Assembly (NCBI RefSeq): GCF_001194135.2
Contig: NC_068984.1
Location: forward strand, 58,999,166-59,039,781
DNA: 40,616 nt
From: Octopus bimaculoides
Lineage: Eukaryota
Direction of reading: 5' to 3'
Shown here: one piece after another, positions 1 to 13,005 of the stretch
Layout of the letters: each line of letters opens with the position of its first letter
Numbering within the stretch: the stretch's first letter is position 1
Made by a program: the position numbers and the translations under genes
The notes under the pieces: model-generated
The model's input: only the letters and a program-made list of their open reading frames with translations
Databases searched by the model: none
Told to the model about the DNA's origin: nothing

Positions 1-466
1 AACACATATACACATACACACACATGCGCACACACAACACCCTAACAAATATTAATCACACACATACACACTCACACAAACGTGCACACACATACACACA
101 CCATCCTACCATAGATAAAACACACACATACTCATATACACATTCCACAATAAACTCTGGGACCAATAAAAACGGCACACACACACACACACACATGGAC
201 ACAAACACACATATATACACACACACATAGAGATGTGCACAAAGCCAGTCCCAAAAACCAGTGAACCATGACAGACTAGCTCACAGAGCAACCAAAAATT
301 AAAATTAAAATAAAATTAAAAAATCCCTTTTAACTCTTCCTTCCTCCTACCCCAGCTAACCAGTCATACTGTCTCTTAAGACAGCAAAACATTCCCTCAA
401 TACACACAAGAGAGAAAAAAGCCAGGTCAGTTCCTCCTCAACTTTTCGCGATTATCAAAGAATATG

Positions 467-1310
467 NNNNNNNNNNNNNNNNNNNNNNNNNNNNNNNNNN
501 NNNNNNNNNNNNNNNNNNNNNNNNNNNNNNNNNNNNNNNNNNNNNNNNNNNNNNNNNNNNNNNNNNNNNNNNNNNNNNNNNNNNNNNNNNNNNNNNNNNN
601 NNNNNNNNNNNNNNNNNNNNNNNNNNNNNNNNNNNNNNNNNNNNNNNNNNNNNNNNNNNNNNNNNNNNNNNNNNNNNNNNNNNNNNNNNNNNNNNNNNNN
701 NNNNNNNNNNNNNNNNNNNNNNNNNNNNNNNNNNNNNNNNNNNNNNNNNNNNNNNNNNNNNNNNNNNNNNNNNNNNNNNNNNNNNNNNNNNNNNNNNNNN
801 NNNNNNNNNNNNNNNNNNNNNNNNNNNNNNNNNNNNNNNNNNNNNNNNNNNNNNNNNNNNNNNNNNNNNNNNNNNNNNNNNNNNNNNNNNNNNNNNNNNN
901 NNNNNNNNNNNNNNNNNNNNNNNNNNNNNNNNNNNNNNNNNNNNNNNNNNNNNNNNNNNNNNNNNNNNNNNNNNNNNNNNNNNNNNNNNNNNNNNNNNNN
1001 NNNNNNNNNNNNNNNNNNNNNNNNNNNNNNNNNNNNNNNNNNNNNNNNNNNNNNNNNNNNNNNNNNNNNNNNNNNNNNNNNNNNNNNNNNNNNNNNNNNN
1101 NNNNNNNNNNNNNNNNNNNNNNNNNNNNNNNNNNNNNNNNNNNNNNNNNNNNNNNNNNNNNNNNNNNNNNNNNNNNNNNNNNNNNNNNNNNNNNNNNNNN
1201 NNNNNNNNNNNNNNNNNNNNNNNNNNNNNNNNNNNNNNNNNNNNNNNNNNNNNNNNNNNNNNNNNNNNNNNNNNNNNNNNNNNNNNNNNNNNNNNNNNNN
1301 NNNNNNNNNT
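467..1310. other. Assembly gap (N run), followed by (TA)n
   Basis: Run of N; ORFs spanning it are artefacts. Confidence 0.99.
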
Positions 1311-1601
1311 ATATATATATATATATATATATATGAATGGCTATGAACATCCAGGAGAATAAAATAGGGATCAAAAGGGTTAATAGGTAAAAAAAAAAAT
1401 GGTTGAGAACCATGGACTACCATATTGATAGACATTCCTTATTGTGAGATAATACAATTCTGCATTAGAAGTCAAGAGCAGAGGATGAGGTCAAAAAATA
1501 TCTAGAACCAGTGTATTTTGTGTATTTACTAATTTGTGTATATACTGCCAGATAAATAGAAGTGATGTTAATAGTTAATATTCTTTTTTCTTAAACTTTA
1601 G

Positions 1602-1727
1602 GTAGCTGTTGAATGAGGATTATTGAAAGGACAAGGAAGAAGCAGCCATGAACAGCTTGTGCTAATGGATTAACTATGCCACTCTCTGTCTCTAAAGAAG
1701 GCCATGATGCTCAGGATTCTCTTTCAG
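1602..1727 (+). other. Candidate spliced exon (possible ATG at 1676)
   Basis: Pyrimidine tract plus AG at 1600-1601 and GT at 1728; ATG 1676 gives MPLSVSKEGHDAQDSLS, phase 1; no recognisable homology. Confidence 0.2.
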
Positions 1728-1901
1728 GTTTGTTCAATATTATTCTGTAAGAACATATTTTGTTATTGACTTGTCATATCTATGTAATTAGTTATTTAAT
1801 AGTCATTACCAGACTGATAGAATTTCATCACCTGTCACTTTTATTAGTATATTTTTCAATCGTCTTTAGGTGCAGCATATTTCTACTTATACAGATAAGA
1901 C

Positions 1902-2290
1902 ATGCTTGGTTGCATGATTAAGAAGCTTGCTTCCCAACTATGTGGTGTCAGGTTCAGTCCCACTGTGCAGCACCATGGGCATGTGTTTTCTCCTATTATA
2001 GCCCAGGACTGACCAAAACATTATCAGTAGATTTGTTGAACAGGAACTGAAAGATGCTAGTGTGTGTGTGTGTGTGCCTTGACATCATGTGATGATTATA
2101 AATGAACATTACTGTCATACAAGGGATGTAGTTTCTTTCCCAGTTTTCTATGGGGAAATATCACTGTACTTGAAAACAGGAGAGGATTGACAACAGTAAA
2201 GGCATTTGACCATAGAAAATCTGCTCCAACAAATTCCATGTGACCCATGCAAGCATGGACATGTGGGTATTAAATGATGATGATGATGAC
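1902..2290 (+). mobile_element. tRNA-derived CORE-like SINE with RTE-type 3' tail ending in (GAT)n
   Basis: Head aagaagcttgcttcccaac...ggttcagtccc, CORE-like gcaccatgggcatgtg, tail cccatgcaagcatgg...taaatgatgatgat; related copies throughout the window. Confidence 0.75.
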
Positions 2291-3764
2291 TGATAACATT
2301 CACACTTGTATAAAAATTCATATATCTATATGTGTATTTGCACTGTGTGTGTGTGTGTGTGTGTGTGTGCATTGGTTCTTTTGTTTGCATATCTCTTAAT
2401 TAGGTTCAAAACTACATGTTTTTATAGGGGGGTGGAAATAAAATTGTGTGATACCCATGCCTTTCTCAGGGTCATTACAAGTATATAGTCACATATTAAA
2501 ACAAGTTAATAAGCTTGATCTACCCAAAACTTCATGTTTCTCATACTTTCAACATTTCTCTATGCAATTCTTTTCTAAATATAGCTTCTTTGTAGATCCA
2601 ACCTTTAAAAACTTCATAAGGCTTACAAGGCCCCTTCTTGGCATAAGTTCTGGCATTTGTTGACAAAATAATGTTCCAGATTTATAGTGAAAGGAAATTT
2701 TGACTTTATACTGTTCTTCCATTTCTCTTGGTAAATTACTAGATAAACGATAGGGCTTCAGCCAGAAATTGAAACTGTCACCAAACTTGGCATGCCAGAT
2801 CTTAGCTTTTTCTTATTGATTGTTAACTTTTTTTATTGTTTATTTCTTTCATATGTATTGGATCTGTTGCTAAAAGGAAATAGAATATATTCAATGAACC
2901 TTAGCATATTGCTGGTACTTATTTTCTCAACTTTAATGGGATGAAATGTAACTGAAAAGGTGAAGAAATGAAAGCAAATACTGAAAAATTATTTACCAAA
3001 GCAGAAATAGGTGAGTTTGTAGAGTATTTGATCACCTACTCAGATATCTTGGTTTCAAATCCACTGCAGCCATCAATCTGTATTTGGGCAATACACCTAA
3101 ATTATACATGCCTCAGTTCACATAGTTGTTGAGAATAAGTTGAGAATAAGTAGTTGAATATTACCTGACATCAGTATTGTATCCAGGGTTAGATATTCCT
3201 CTTAGGTACTTAACACCAATAATCTGAAGTTCAGAAGAGTTTAAAGCCTCATCAGTTCTTAGCAGACATACATACACACAAACGCTCATTTAATTGAAAG
3301 ACATTTAATCTGGTATTCTACCATTATTGCTATCTCTTCTCTCGTTTTTCCTCTTAATTGATACCTTTTTCAATGTACACAAAATCACTTTTGGCAAGAG
3401 AATAGATACAGACAGTTATACCCACCGTCCCCTGTATATTGTTGGTACTTATTTTATCAATCCTGTAGAGTTACATTTAGCAGAGAAGAATTTATATTCT
3501 TAACTAAGAAAGTTAGATTACAGACAAATTGACTTCATTGACAGAAAGTAAATTACTCTCATTATCATTTGCATATTAAATTTTCTGCTCAGAATGTGGT
3601 TAATTTGGCTCTTTATTCCACCCAATGCTAAATGACCAGCTGACTAACTAGCTTTTCTGTAGTTAATGTTTCAAATCTTTAATTACATATCTATAACTTG
3701 CATCATATATATGCACCACAGTAAATTGCTAGTATGATCATTAAAATTTATCACTATGACAACA

Positions 3765-3965
3765 AGGCATCATCATCATCATAGTAACTGTACAAAATTA
3801 ACCATCATCATTATTGTCCTTGGCAGTATTATCATCATCATTGTGGGTATTCTCATTATCATCATCGTCATCACCATCCTGATCATCCTCATTATCATCA
3901 TAAGTATTATTATTATCCTCATTATCAACATAACCATTACCATCACAACCACCACCACCACCTCC
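3765..3965. repeat. Degenerate (ATC/ATT/ACC)n trinucleotide region
   Basis: Continuous imperfect triplet repeats that generate the poly-Ile/Thr and poly-Met ORFs. Confidence 0.9.
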
Positions 3966-4422
3966 ACAATCTTAAATAGTCTGTCGTAGTTGTTCATTTT
4001 CAAAATAGTACATCATAATGTCTAATTCATTTGTATTTCATTTTGTCATGTCTACACTTGAAGTGATGCATTAGTACTATAGTTACTGTTTGCCCACCCT
4101 CGCTATTTGGTGTATGGAGCATCATAAAACTTTATTCATACTAGTAACACTAATAATCTTTGTGACATGTCAGTGTATTCTGAGTTTGTACTTATTTTAT
4201 TAACCCCCAAAAGGATGAAAGACAAATACAAAAGGCAAACCTACTATTTTTTACAGTTACACTACCTTCAAGTTTTCTTTAACAGATAATATCAAGTATT
4301 TCATCCAGTACTTATTAATCTTGGGACTTTGGAAGGATAAATGACAAAGTCATCTTTAGAGTAAAGGGACATAACCTGAATGCTTATGTCCATGTGTGTG
4401 TGTGTGTGTGTGCACGTGCATG

Positions 4423-4460
<38 letters not shown>

Positions 4461-4659
4461 TAATGTAACCTTGTGGGCATCGGTACCATTTTCCTCTTTC
4501 TCCGTTCTTCCATTCTCCGAACTTTCCATCTTTCCGACGAAGGGCTACGCCCGAAACGTCATACACTCTCTCTTTCCTTTCCTGAGTGTCCAATAATACT
4601 ATCCATATCACGTCCTCACTTTGTTGTTTTTTTGTTTTTTTGTTATTGTTTTTTTGAAC
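4461..4659 (+). mobile_element. Short non-coding element with minimal hammerhead-like motif, between (CA)n and (TA)n
   Basis: CCGACGA-A-GGGC-TAC-GCCC-GAAAC-GTC at 4534-4560; ends ...gaac|tata like related copies. Confidence 0.65.
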
Positions 4660-4699
4660 TATATATATATATATATATATATATCATGACATTGCATGA

Positions 4700-4910
4700 T
4701 TGCTGTAAATGAATGTTGATCATATTCAATATACTGTGGAGACATGTCTGGCCATGAGGAAGTATTACCTTGCTGGGGAACTGGTAAGGGCTGGTTACAG
4801 GAAGGGCATCCTACTGTAGAAAATCTGCCTCAGTAAACTGTGTCCAAAGCATGCAAGTATGGAAAAGTGGATGTTAGAGCAACAATGACGATGATGATGA
4901 TGATGATGTT
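4700..4910 (+). mobile_element. SINE/RTE-type 3' segment with (GAT)n tail
   Basis: ggaagggcatcc...tagaaaatctgcctca...gcatgcaagtatggaaaagtggatgtt followed by (GAT)n. Confidence 0.7.
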
Positions 4911-5306
4911 GATGACGACAATGATACATACATACATACATCGTTTTTTAATGGTGGAATTTGAAGGAGATTAAGCTATGAATAGTAGCTTGTAGACTGT
5001 TGGGTTAAAAGCCCTTGGATGGAAAAAAATTGGAACTGATTAAAAATTTTAAAACATATTGCTTTCCTTATTTATTAATTAAACATGTTACAAAATTATG
5101 AATAATATAGTTTTTAATCCATTAGTATGGATTTTCTAAAGCTTTTAAGCCTTCAATTACATTTTTTTGGAAATTCATGGTGTACCTAGTCACCTCTTAC
5201 AACACACTGTTTGAAAAACACTGCCCTACTGCTTAAAGAAAAATACTGACAGATATCTTGGATTATGTAGTGTTAAATATTCCATGTTCCCTCCTCCTAA
5301 AAACAG

Positions 5307-5420
5307 ATGTCATGATCACCGATGTAACACTTTTGATCATGGCCTTTGTTGTTTTTTTTAATGGTTTTGATCTGGATGAAGAGGCTCTGCTGAAGGCGTT
5401 TTGCAAGCTCTCCAAGAATG
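5307..5420 (+). other. Candidate internal exon (114 bp, phase 1-1)
   Basis: aaacag| acceptor and |gtgaga donor; open frame DVMITDVTLLIMAFVVFFNGFDLDEEALLKAFCKLSKN; product not recognised. Confidence 0.3.
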
Positions 5421-6089
5421 GTGAGATTGACGTGGTTTCTCTGTTACAGAGCATGATAGGTATACAAATTATGGCAGGTGCCAGTGAATTGAAAGAATAA
5501 ATAGAGTGGTTGTTGAAAAGTAAACTCAGTAACTAAATTCAAATATTTCATGACTAGAACTGAAGCTGTATTGGAACAAAACTGTAAACAGCACTTTGTT
5601 ATATCTTTCTATGTGCTAATTCTGTAAAGAAATGTAAACAAATTATACTTAATGTGTGTATGCTTACGTGTACATTTGCATTTGTGAATGTTTGTATGTC
5701 TGTGTTTGTTTATGTATGTGCATGTGTATGTTTGTGTTTGTATGTTTATTTGTGTGTATGGTAATGTATCTGTGCTAATGTGTCTGTCTGCTCTCTGTAT
5801 GAGGAAGTTTGTTAATAATATGTTTAGATCAGATGATATATCACAAGTTTGCTGCAGCACTGTGTGTGTATCTAATTCATTGCCATTTCATATTATCTTA
5901 ATTTCTCACCTAAAGTTGTTCAACAACTAGAGACAGAGGAAAAATTTTTTTAAGTAATAATCTTCTGACAGTTGTCAAACTAATATCAGTATGAAAATTA
6001 GCACACCTCCATGTAACCAAAGGCACTTTTTATTTGTTGTGTTCATGTAGAAATATTGTGCGAGTGCATGTGTATACACATACATGCAT

Positions 6090-6090
<1 letters not shown>

Positions 6091-6140
<50 letters not shown>
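6091..6140. repeat. (CA)n microsatellite
   Basis: Direct sequence. Confidence 0.97.
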
Positions 6141-6141
<1 letters not shown>

Positions 6142-6164
6142 GCACAAGCACAAGAATAGCACTT

Positions 6165-6470
6165 TTGGCATGTGTCTTCTACAGTTCCAGACTAAAGCGT
6201 TGTGACAGAAACTGAGAGAAGCCCAGCATATATATATTTATAAGGTGAGGAGAGGATGGGGTTCTTGTTGCCTTGACATCATGTGATAACTGTAAGCAAG
6301 TGTCACCATCCATGAAAATATGTCTAGTCATGGTGGAATATTACCTTGCTTGGAAACAGATTGGGGTTGGTGACAGGAAGAGCATACAGTCATAGAAAAC
6401 CTACATAAACAAATTCTACTCAACTCATGCAAGAATAGTGAAGTGAACATTAAAACGATGATGATGATGA
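6165..6470 (+). mobile_element. Partial SINE with RTE-type (GAT)n tail
   Basis: tgtgtcttctac..., ccttgacatcatgtga, ggaatattaccttgcttggaaacag, tail gaacattaaaacgatgatgatg. Confidence 0.65.
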
Positions 6471-6471
6471 T

Positions 6472-6672
6472 GGGAGAATGTACGAAAAAAAACAATAACA
6501 GACGAGGACAGGTGGTGTAAACAACAAAAGGATGTATTAGTATGACGCTTGGGAATACGGAAAGTCTTTAACGTTTTGAGCTACGCTCTTCAACAGAAAG
6601 AATACGGAGAAAACAAGGAGAAAAACACGGAGAAAAAAAATTGAATGGTGTTGGTCAACAGTCTATCATGAC
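6472..6672 (-). mobile_element. HHR-motif mini-element, family copy 1
   Basis: Minus strand CTTT-CTGTTGA-A-GAGC-GTA-GCTC-AAAAC-GTT-AAAG at 6600-6566; flanked by (GAT)n on both sides. Confidence 0.65.
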
Positions 6673-7849
6673 TACTGATGATGATGATGTTTTCTAATAC
6701 ATGCTGCTCTGTTGTATGAATATTTATTGATTCTTTATGTTGCTAACAAATGCATAATATTCAAATTTTCTAGCCATTACATCCAAGTTCTGGCTTATGT
6801 TTGAGTTTAGCAATTTGCTATACGTTCTTTTCATGGACAGTTATGATGGGAATACTTGACTTCTAATGAGTGGTCAATAGATCTGGCATATTCATTATCA
6901 ATGAATGAATGTGCCCGATGCTTTGATCAACAAAAATATCTATTCATTCAATGATAGTCTAAGTATGCCAAAGATACAGGTACCCTTCATGTAATCTTCA
7001 GACAGAATCAAATAGACACTATGTATAAAAAGGTTGGACCTTTAAACTATAGCTATAATCTATCTGATACACATCCACACAGATTCTGTCTACACAATTT
7101 CATTTGCTAAATGGTGATATTGAACTTAAAACGTTATCATTTTAAGGTCAGCTATTAAAGCATTTGGCCAGGGCTGAAAGACACACACATATACACTCAC
7201 ACACATACACACATGCAGGCCCACACACATGCAGCTAAGAGCACCAGCTGGACATGTGATAAGACACATCACATCCCACCTAAAAGAATATGCCTTGACT
7301 ATTCATGAACAGTAAATAGCTACTAAATATCTTATCATTAAGAGAAATAAAGTTGCCTACAATCCTCCAAGAATAGCATCTGACCATAGAAAATCTGACT
7401 CAGTGAATTCTTTAATGGGGGTTAGAGTTGATGTGTGTGTGTGTGTTCAAATATGAAATAGAAGCAGCACTAGTATAATAAACATTATTAACTACATATA
7501 CTTCATGTACTCGCCGGTTATACATGATGCTATACTGCCAAATCACAATCTACCAGCAAATTCACAATGGCCAATGATAAGCACCATCAGATGCTTTGAA
7601 ACTTTAAGTGCCACGGAATTTAAATCAAACTGTTTTGATCCATACATGTAACTCCTAATAAATATGTTGAGTACCCTCTTTCACTTGTCCAATCATGTGT
7701 GTGTGTGTGCGTGCACGTGTGTGTGTGTGCACGTGTGTGTGTGTGTGTGTGTATTAGGTTGGAAAGAATGTTCAGTTGCCTTTCCAGGTGAGAAAGAAAC
7801 ATTCTTCTTAGGTCTTGATATATTTAATCAAGATATTTCGTCTCTTAAT

Positions 7850-8445
7850 TAATTTCATAATCCCATCGATTTGACAAATTGTTGATGCCTCAGATATAAA
7901 ATTCTTCAGGTTTCAAAGCAAAAAAGCACTCAACATCATTTTTAACCTCTTCACATTTAATAGACTGCTTTCCCTCTAAATAATGTTGCAATGATCTGAA
8001 AAAATGACAACCAAATAGAGTAAGGAGGATGAGGCAAAACTTCCATATTTAATCTTTTCGTAAATGACTTGGGCAATATGTGGTCTTGCATTATCAAGTA
8101 CGAGTGACACTCTTTTACAATTGACCATTGGTGAGTACTCTTTCTGCAAATTTTGTGCTATGATTCCAATTGACAATAATATACCTCCACATTGACAGTT
8201 TTATTTTGGTCTGGTTTAAACCCCTTTATATCCTATGAAACACAAAGCATGACTTTTTCCAGATGAAGTCCTGATTTAGGGATGTGTTCTCCTTTCCTGT
8301 CAAATGCTAACTATTGTCATTTTCCTTGGATGTGATTATGCAGAATCCACTTTTCATCACTTGTGATGATTCTTCCCAGGAAAGGATCGTTTGCAAGTCT
8401 AGTCTTTAATGACAAACAAGGCACAACTTCTTTTATACTCACCAA
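7850..8445 (-). mobile_element. Mariner (DD34D-type) transposase remnant, C-terminal part
   Basis: Translated fragments FLGRIITSDEKWILHN and LDNARPHIAQ match mariner motifs; stops and frameshifts present. Confidence 0.85.
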
Positions 8446-8447
8446 AT

Positions 8448-8471
8448 TCTCTTTCTCTCTCTCTTTCTCTA

Positions 8472-8507
<36 letters not shown>
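8448..8507. repeat. (CT)n microsatellite joining mariner and LINE remnants
   Basis: Direct sequence. Confidence 0.95.
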
Positions 8508-8509
8508 GC

Positions 8510-9710
8510 TTGAAAGTTATACACTGATCTCTAAAAATATACCACGATGTATCGCATTCCCAAGCAAAGCCACCTGTCTGACCCATCCAGCTGTCACTCC
8601 TATTGCATTCATTTTAATATCTCTAAGGTAATGGAGACAGCCATTATCAATAATATTCTCCTTCACCTTGAATCTCTCCTTAATGACTACCCCCACCAAT
8701 ATAGTTTCTGTAAAGCCAAATCCATCAGTGACCCTTGTCACCCACCAATGAGCTCTTGCCTTGAAGAAATTTGGTGTAATGCTGTGTCCAGCATGCAAAA
8801 CTCCTATCAAAACAGCTTATTTATGGACTCCACCCTTCTTCGTTTGGATTGGTACCTTTCTATCAGATCGTACAATTTTTACTATGCTTTGACAGAGCAC
8901 TTTGTATCACTCATTCCATCACCTCCTGTGAGTCTCAGAGTTTGGTTTTGTTGCCCACAATCTTCCTTCTCTACACCAATGACTTACTAGCTATCACATC
9001 TTAAGAAGTGCCTAACCATGCATCCATGCATTATCCACTTGCAACCAAGACACCACATGCCAACCCATACTGATACCATGAATAGAGTTTGAAAGCTTCC
9101 TCCAATGGGCATAAGCCAGTCTTGTTTCTTTCAATAGCATGGAAACACATACACAACTCATATCAAGAAGACATTTTCATCATCATCATCTCCACCTCTA
9201 ATCAGGAGCAACACGCAGAGTTTTCAAAATTACTCCAGTTATTAGGTTTCCTCATCACCAAGGATCTCTCCTTGCAAAAGCACATCCTTAACATAACTGT
9301 GATTGCATCCCTACAAGTGAAATTTCTTTTTATGATCAGAAGACACTTCAGCTCCCAACAATTATTGATACTTTTCAAAGCTTAGGTAAGGACAACAATA
9401 GAGTATTGCTCTCATGTCTGGGTCAGTGCTGTTCCTGCACACAGATACCTAAACTGCATCAAGAAAAGGCCATCTGATCGATTAGCATTATGTCACTCAC
9501 AGAAATGCTCCAGCTTTTGACCCATGGACACGCTGTTGCCTCTGTTTTTTTCTATTGCTTTTATAATGGAGCTGGCTGAGTTAAGGCTACTACAACTCAA
9601 GTAGATCCAGTAAATAAAAAATAGTTCTTGTAATAACACACTCATCCTTACAAAAATCACTTATCTTCAGATTTTTAGATTCAGCTCTCAATTAGTCTTT
9701 CAGAATTCCA
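8510..9710 (+). mobile_element. Decayed CR1/Jockey-group LINE reverse-transcriptase region
   Basis: Fragments ISKVMETAIINNILLHLES, HQYSF, LGFLITKDLSLQKHI and VRTTIEYCSHVWG follow the order of CR1-like RT and C-terminal motifs; multiple stops. Confidence 0.8.
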
Positions 9711-10984
9711 GTTTAGCTAAAATATGGCAGGCCCACATATTTGTTGTAGAGCAACAAGTTTCTCTCACACCCACCTATCTCTCTCTCATACTGACCAAGT
9801 GAACTAAGATTTGTATGATTAGTAAAGAATAGGGAAGATCAGACAACCAAGCTAAATGCTAAACATCTAAACTATATACTGTACCAATTAAGATAACCTT
9901 TCAGGTACCTGTTTGCAGCAACAAGACAGCTCATGTAGCTGTAACTGCTTTATATCTTTGGTACTAAATGTCAGAAGTTTGAATTAAAAATCAGTTTACT
10001 TTATGCTAAGTTAAGATGAACATATGCTATCCATTTCATGTTATATGACATTTATCAACAAGATATTTGAACTTATAGACAAAAATAACTTATTGTATGT
10101 CATACACATACCTTTAATTCCTTGCCTCTGAATTTATATCATAGTGTATCAATTAATATCAATTAGTAATATGGTTTTAATTTTTAGTTATTTATTTATT
10201 GGTTTGTTTGTTTGTTTTAATCTTACTTAGAAAATAAAATACATTCCAATATTCTGATTTTAATTGAAAGCATAAACATGAGTTTGATTATATATTCTTT
10301 ATGGGGTATAGATTAAATTTTTACTGAAAAATGTGAAATGCAAAAAGAAATGTGAAATGCAAGAAAAGTAAATTAATGTATTTTTTTTTTTACATAATGT
10401 TTAGAAATGTTTTTCACTAGTACTATAGTCAGGCAAAATTTTTACATATATATGAGAAAATTGAGACTATAACTCAATTTGAGACTAAAATTGAGATTAG
10501 AAATGAAGCAGAAGAAATTGTAAGTGAAAGTCTGTATAACAACATTTTTTTTTTTAAATATCTGAATTCTACAGGTATTGTAAGTTATTTTAAGACCCAA
10601 ATGTGTGTGTGTGTGTGTGTGTAAATTTTGCTTGGTTCTTTAGCTTTCCCTTATTTTAATGGTAGTGCCATTAAAATTAAGCATGGCCATGCTGGGACAC
10701 TGCCTTAAATAAATACTAGTTGAATGAGTCAACTCCAGTACTTGTATATGTATCTTTGTGATTTTGTTTGTCCCCTACCATCACTTCACAACCAATGTTG
10801 ATTTGTGTATGTTCCCATAACTTAGTGGTTTAGCAAAAGAGACTGATAAAATAAGTACTGGGATTGATTTTTTTTCAACTAAGCCTTTCGAGGCAGTGCT
10901 CCAGCATGGTCACACTCCAATGACTGGATCAAGTAAAGGTAAAAGATATATATATACATACATACATACATACATACATACATA

Positions 10985-11195
10985 CAAGGAGGTGCTGAAA
11001 AGTTCCTAGCTTTGGGTAAAAGAAAATACAAGAGAATCAGTTATGATTTTATGCAACATATTCCCCTCTCAGATTCACACACTTAATGCAGTGGCCCTTC
11101 AGTTTTTCTAAGCCCTATAAAAGAACACAGAAGGTTGGGCCTCCCATCAGGCCTTTCGTGATACTCTTAAGGCCAGGAACTTTTCAGCACCCTCT

Positions 11196-11197
<2 letters not shown>
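10985..11197. mobile_element. Mariner-type MITE
   Basis: Imperfect ~28-bp TIRs caaggaggtgctgaaaagttcctagc / ggccaggaacttttcagcaccctcttg; TA on the left side. Confidence 0.8.
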
Positions 11198-11246
<49 letters not shown>

Positions 11247-11603
11247 NNNNNNNNNNNNNNNNNNNNNNNNNNNNNNNNNNNNNNNNNNNNNNNNNNNNNN
11301 NNNNNNNNNNNNNNNNNNNNNNNNNNNNNNNNNNNNNNNNNNNNNNNNNNNNNNNNNNNNNNNNNNNNNNNNNNNNNNNNNNNNNNNNNNNNNNNNNNNN
11401 NNNNNNNNNNNNNNNNNNNNNNNNNNNNNNNNNNNNNNNNNNNNNNNNNNNNNNNNNNNNNNNNNNNNNNNNNNNNNNNNNNNNNNNNNNNNNNNNNNNN
11501 NNNNNNNNNNNNNNNNNNNNNNNNNNNNNNNNNNNNNNNNNNNNNNNNNNNNNNNNNNNNNNNNNNNNNNNNNNNNNNNNNNNNNNNNNNNNNNNNNNNN
11601 NNN
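11247..11603. other. Assembly gap after (TA)n
   Basis: Run of N. Confidence 0.99.
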
Positions 11604-12817
11604 AATTAAGATAAACAAAGTTCTTTTTTAATCTAAAATATACTCTCTTTCATTGTCTATAAAGTTCTTCCATCTATCTGGTAGATTTGCAAGGCCCCTC
11701 TTCTAAAATTCACTTGTCCAATACTGTTCTGACCTCATCTACAGAACTCATATTTTTCTGTCCAAATGATTTTGAAGACTGCAGAATAAATGATAATCAG
11801 ATGGGGCAATGTCTGGCAAATATGGTGGGTGGGGTATCGTTTCTCATTCAAACTGCTCCAGCCTTTGGAATGTCATCCTTGCTGTATGTGGTCGAGCATT
11901 ATCCTGATGGAAGAACACCTTTCACCTTGAAACGAAGATGGTTGTTTTTCTTCTAACACTGACTTAAGCCACTCAAGCTGTTCACAGTAGATCTCCTTTA
12001 TTATTGTTTGGTTTGGGTTTAAAAGTTCAAAGTGAGCTAAACCTTTCATATCCCACCAAACAGATAACAACACCTTACATAGGTGAAAACCTTCTTTAGC
12101 CTGGAGTGCTGGTGTTTCTCCTTTTCCTACCCACTGTCTTCAGCACTTCACATTTTTATAGAGAACCCATTTCTTGTCACCAGTCACTATTCACTCCAAA
12201 AATGGTTCATTCATGAGATGTGACAGCAAAGAAGAGCACACATTGACCCTCTGTGTGTGATTAGACTTGGAAAGTTTGTGAGGAACCCACTGACCCAATT
12301 TGTTGCCTTTTTCAATGGTATGCAGGTGTTGATGAATGGTTGAATGACCAAATCCAAGCTTCTCTGCTAGTTCCTTAACACTTACAATGGGATTTTGTTC
12401 CACCAGAGTTTGCAGGTGTCCTCGTTGATCTCTACAGATCTTCCAGGACAAGGTTTGTCTTCTAGGCTGTAGTTTCTAGCTCAGAATTTCTGGAACCACC
12501 TTTGACATTGGCATACACTTATTGCCTGATCCCCATATGCTGCATTAATATTCCTTGCACTTTCCGTTGTGTTGTTGCCTTTATTGAACTCATAAAGCAA
12601 AATATGCTGAATATGCTTCTTTGTCACTTCTATTATAGCTTTGAAATAATAACTGTTAAAATTGAACTGCATTCTTCAAAACTTGCAATAAGAATAAGTA
12701 CAAGGTAAAATTACTACCTGCTTTTATAGCAAGTTGATGCAAGTATTTTATCCCATCCCCACCAACTTTTAGCTCATACAATTGAAAAAACTGCATTATT
12801 TATGAGATGATCCAATA
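11604..12817 (-). mobile_element. Near full-length degenerate mariner element (transposase pseudogene)
   Basis: Fragments HILLYEFNKG...QRWFQKF, WVPHKL, LLSVWWDMKG and a YLPDIAPSDYHLF-like motif in order; terminal sequence ending ...gatgatccaata with TA at 12816-12817; other end lost in the gap. Confidence 0.9.
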
Positions 12818-12937
12818 CTTTTTGTTTGATTGAAATAGAGCTATTTCACCAATGAATTAGGTAAAACAGTAATGAAGTTGAAGAAACATTTAATAGATCA
12901 AAATACATTATTAATTTTTAACTGTTTATATTTCTAG

Positions 12938-13005
12938 ATGTAGCATTATTTACAGTAAATCAGGGACAGGTAATTTTGACAATGTCTGTATGTATGATGA
13001 CTTCA
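12938..13005 (+). other. Candidate short exon (68 bp)
   Basis: tatatttctag| acceptor and |gtgagt donor; two reading frames open. Confidence 0.25.

Noticed and set aside
421-466. Minus-strand ttgataatcgcgaaaag as another hammerhead
   Set aside because: The core deviates at several positions, no stems form, and the sequence is cut by the gap
427-1435. Long ORFs of 290-328 aa (also those at 11086-11631 and 25224-25646)
   Set aside because: They are open only because they run through N gaps
2460-2810. Minus-strand open frame of ~85 codons (AKFGDSFNFWLKPYRL...)
   Set aside because: No start or splice context and no recognisable motif; probably an old repeat that I cannot classify from one copy
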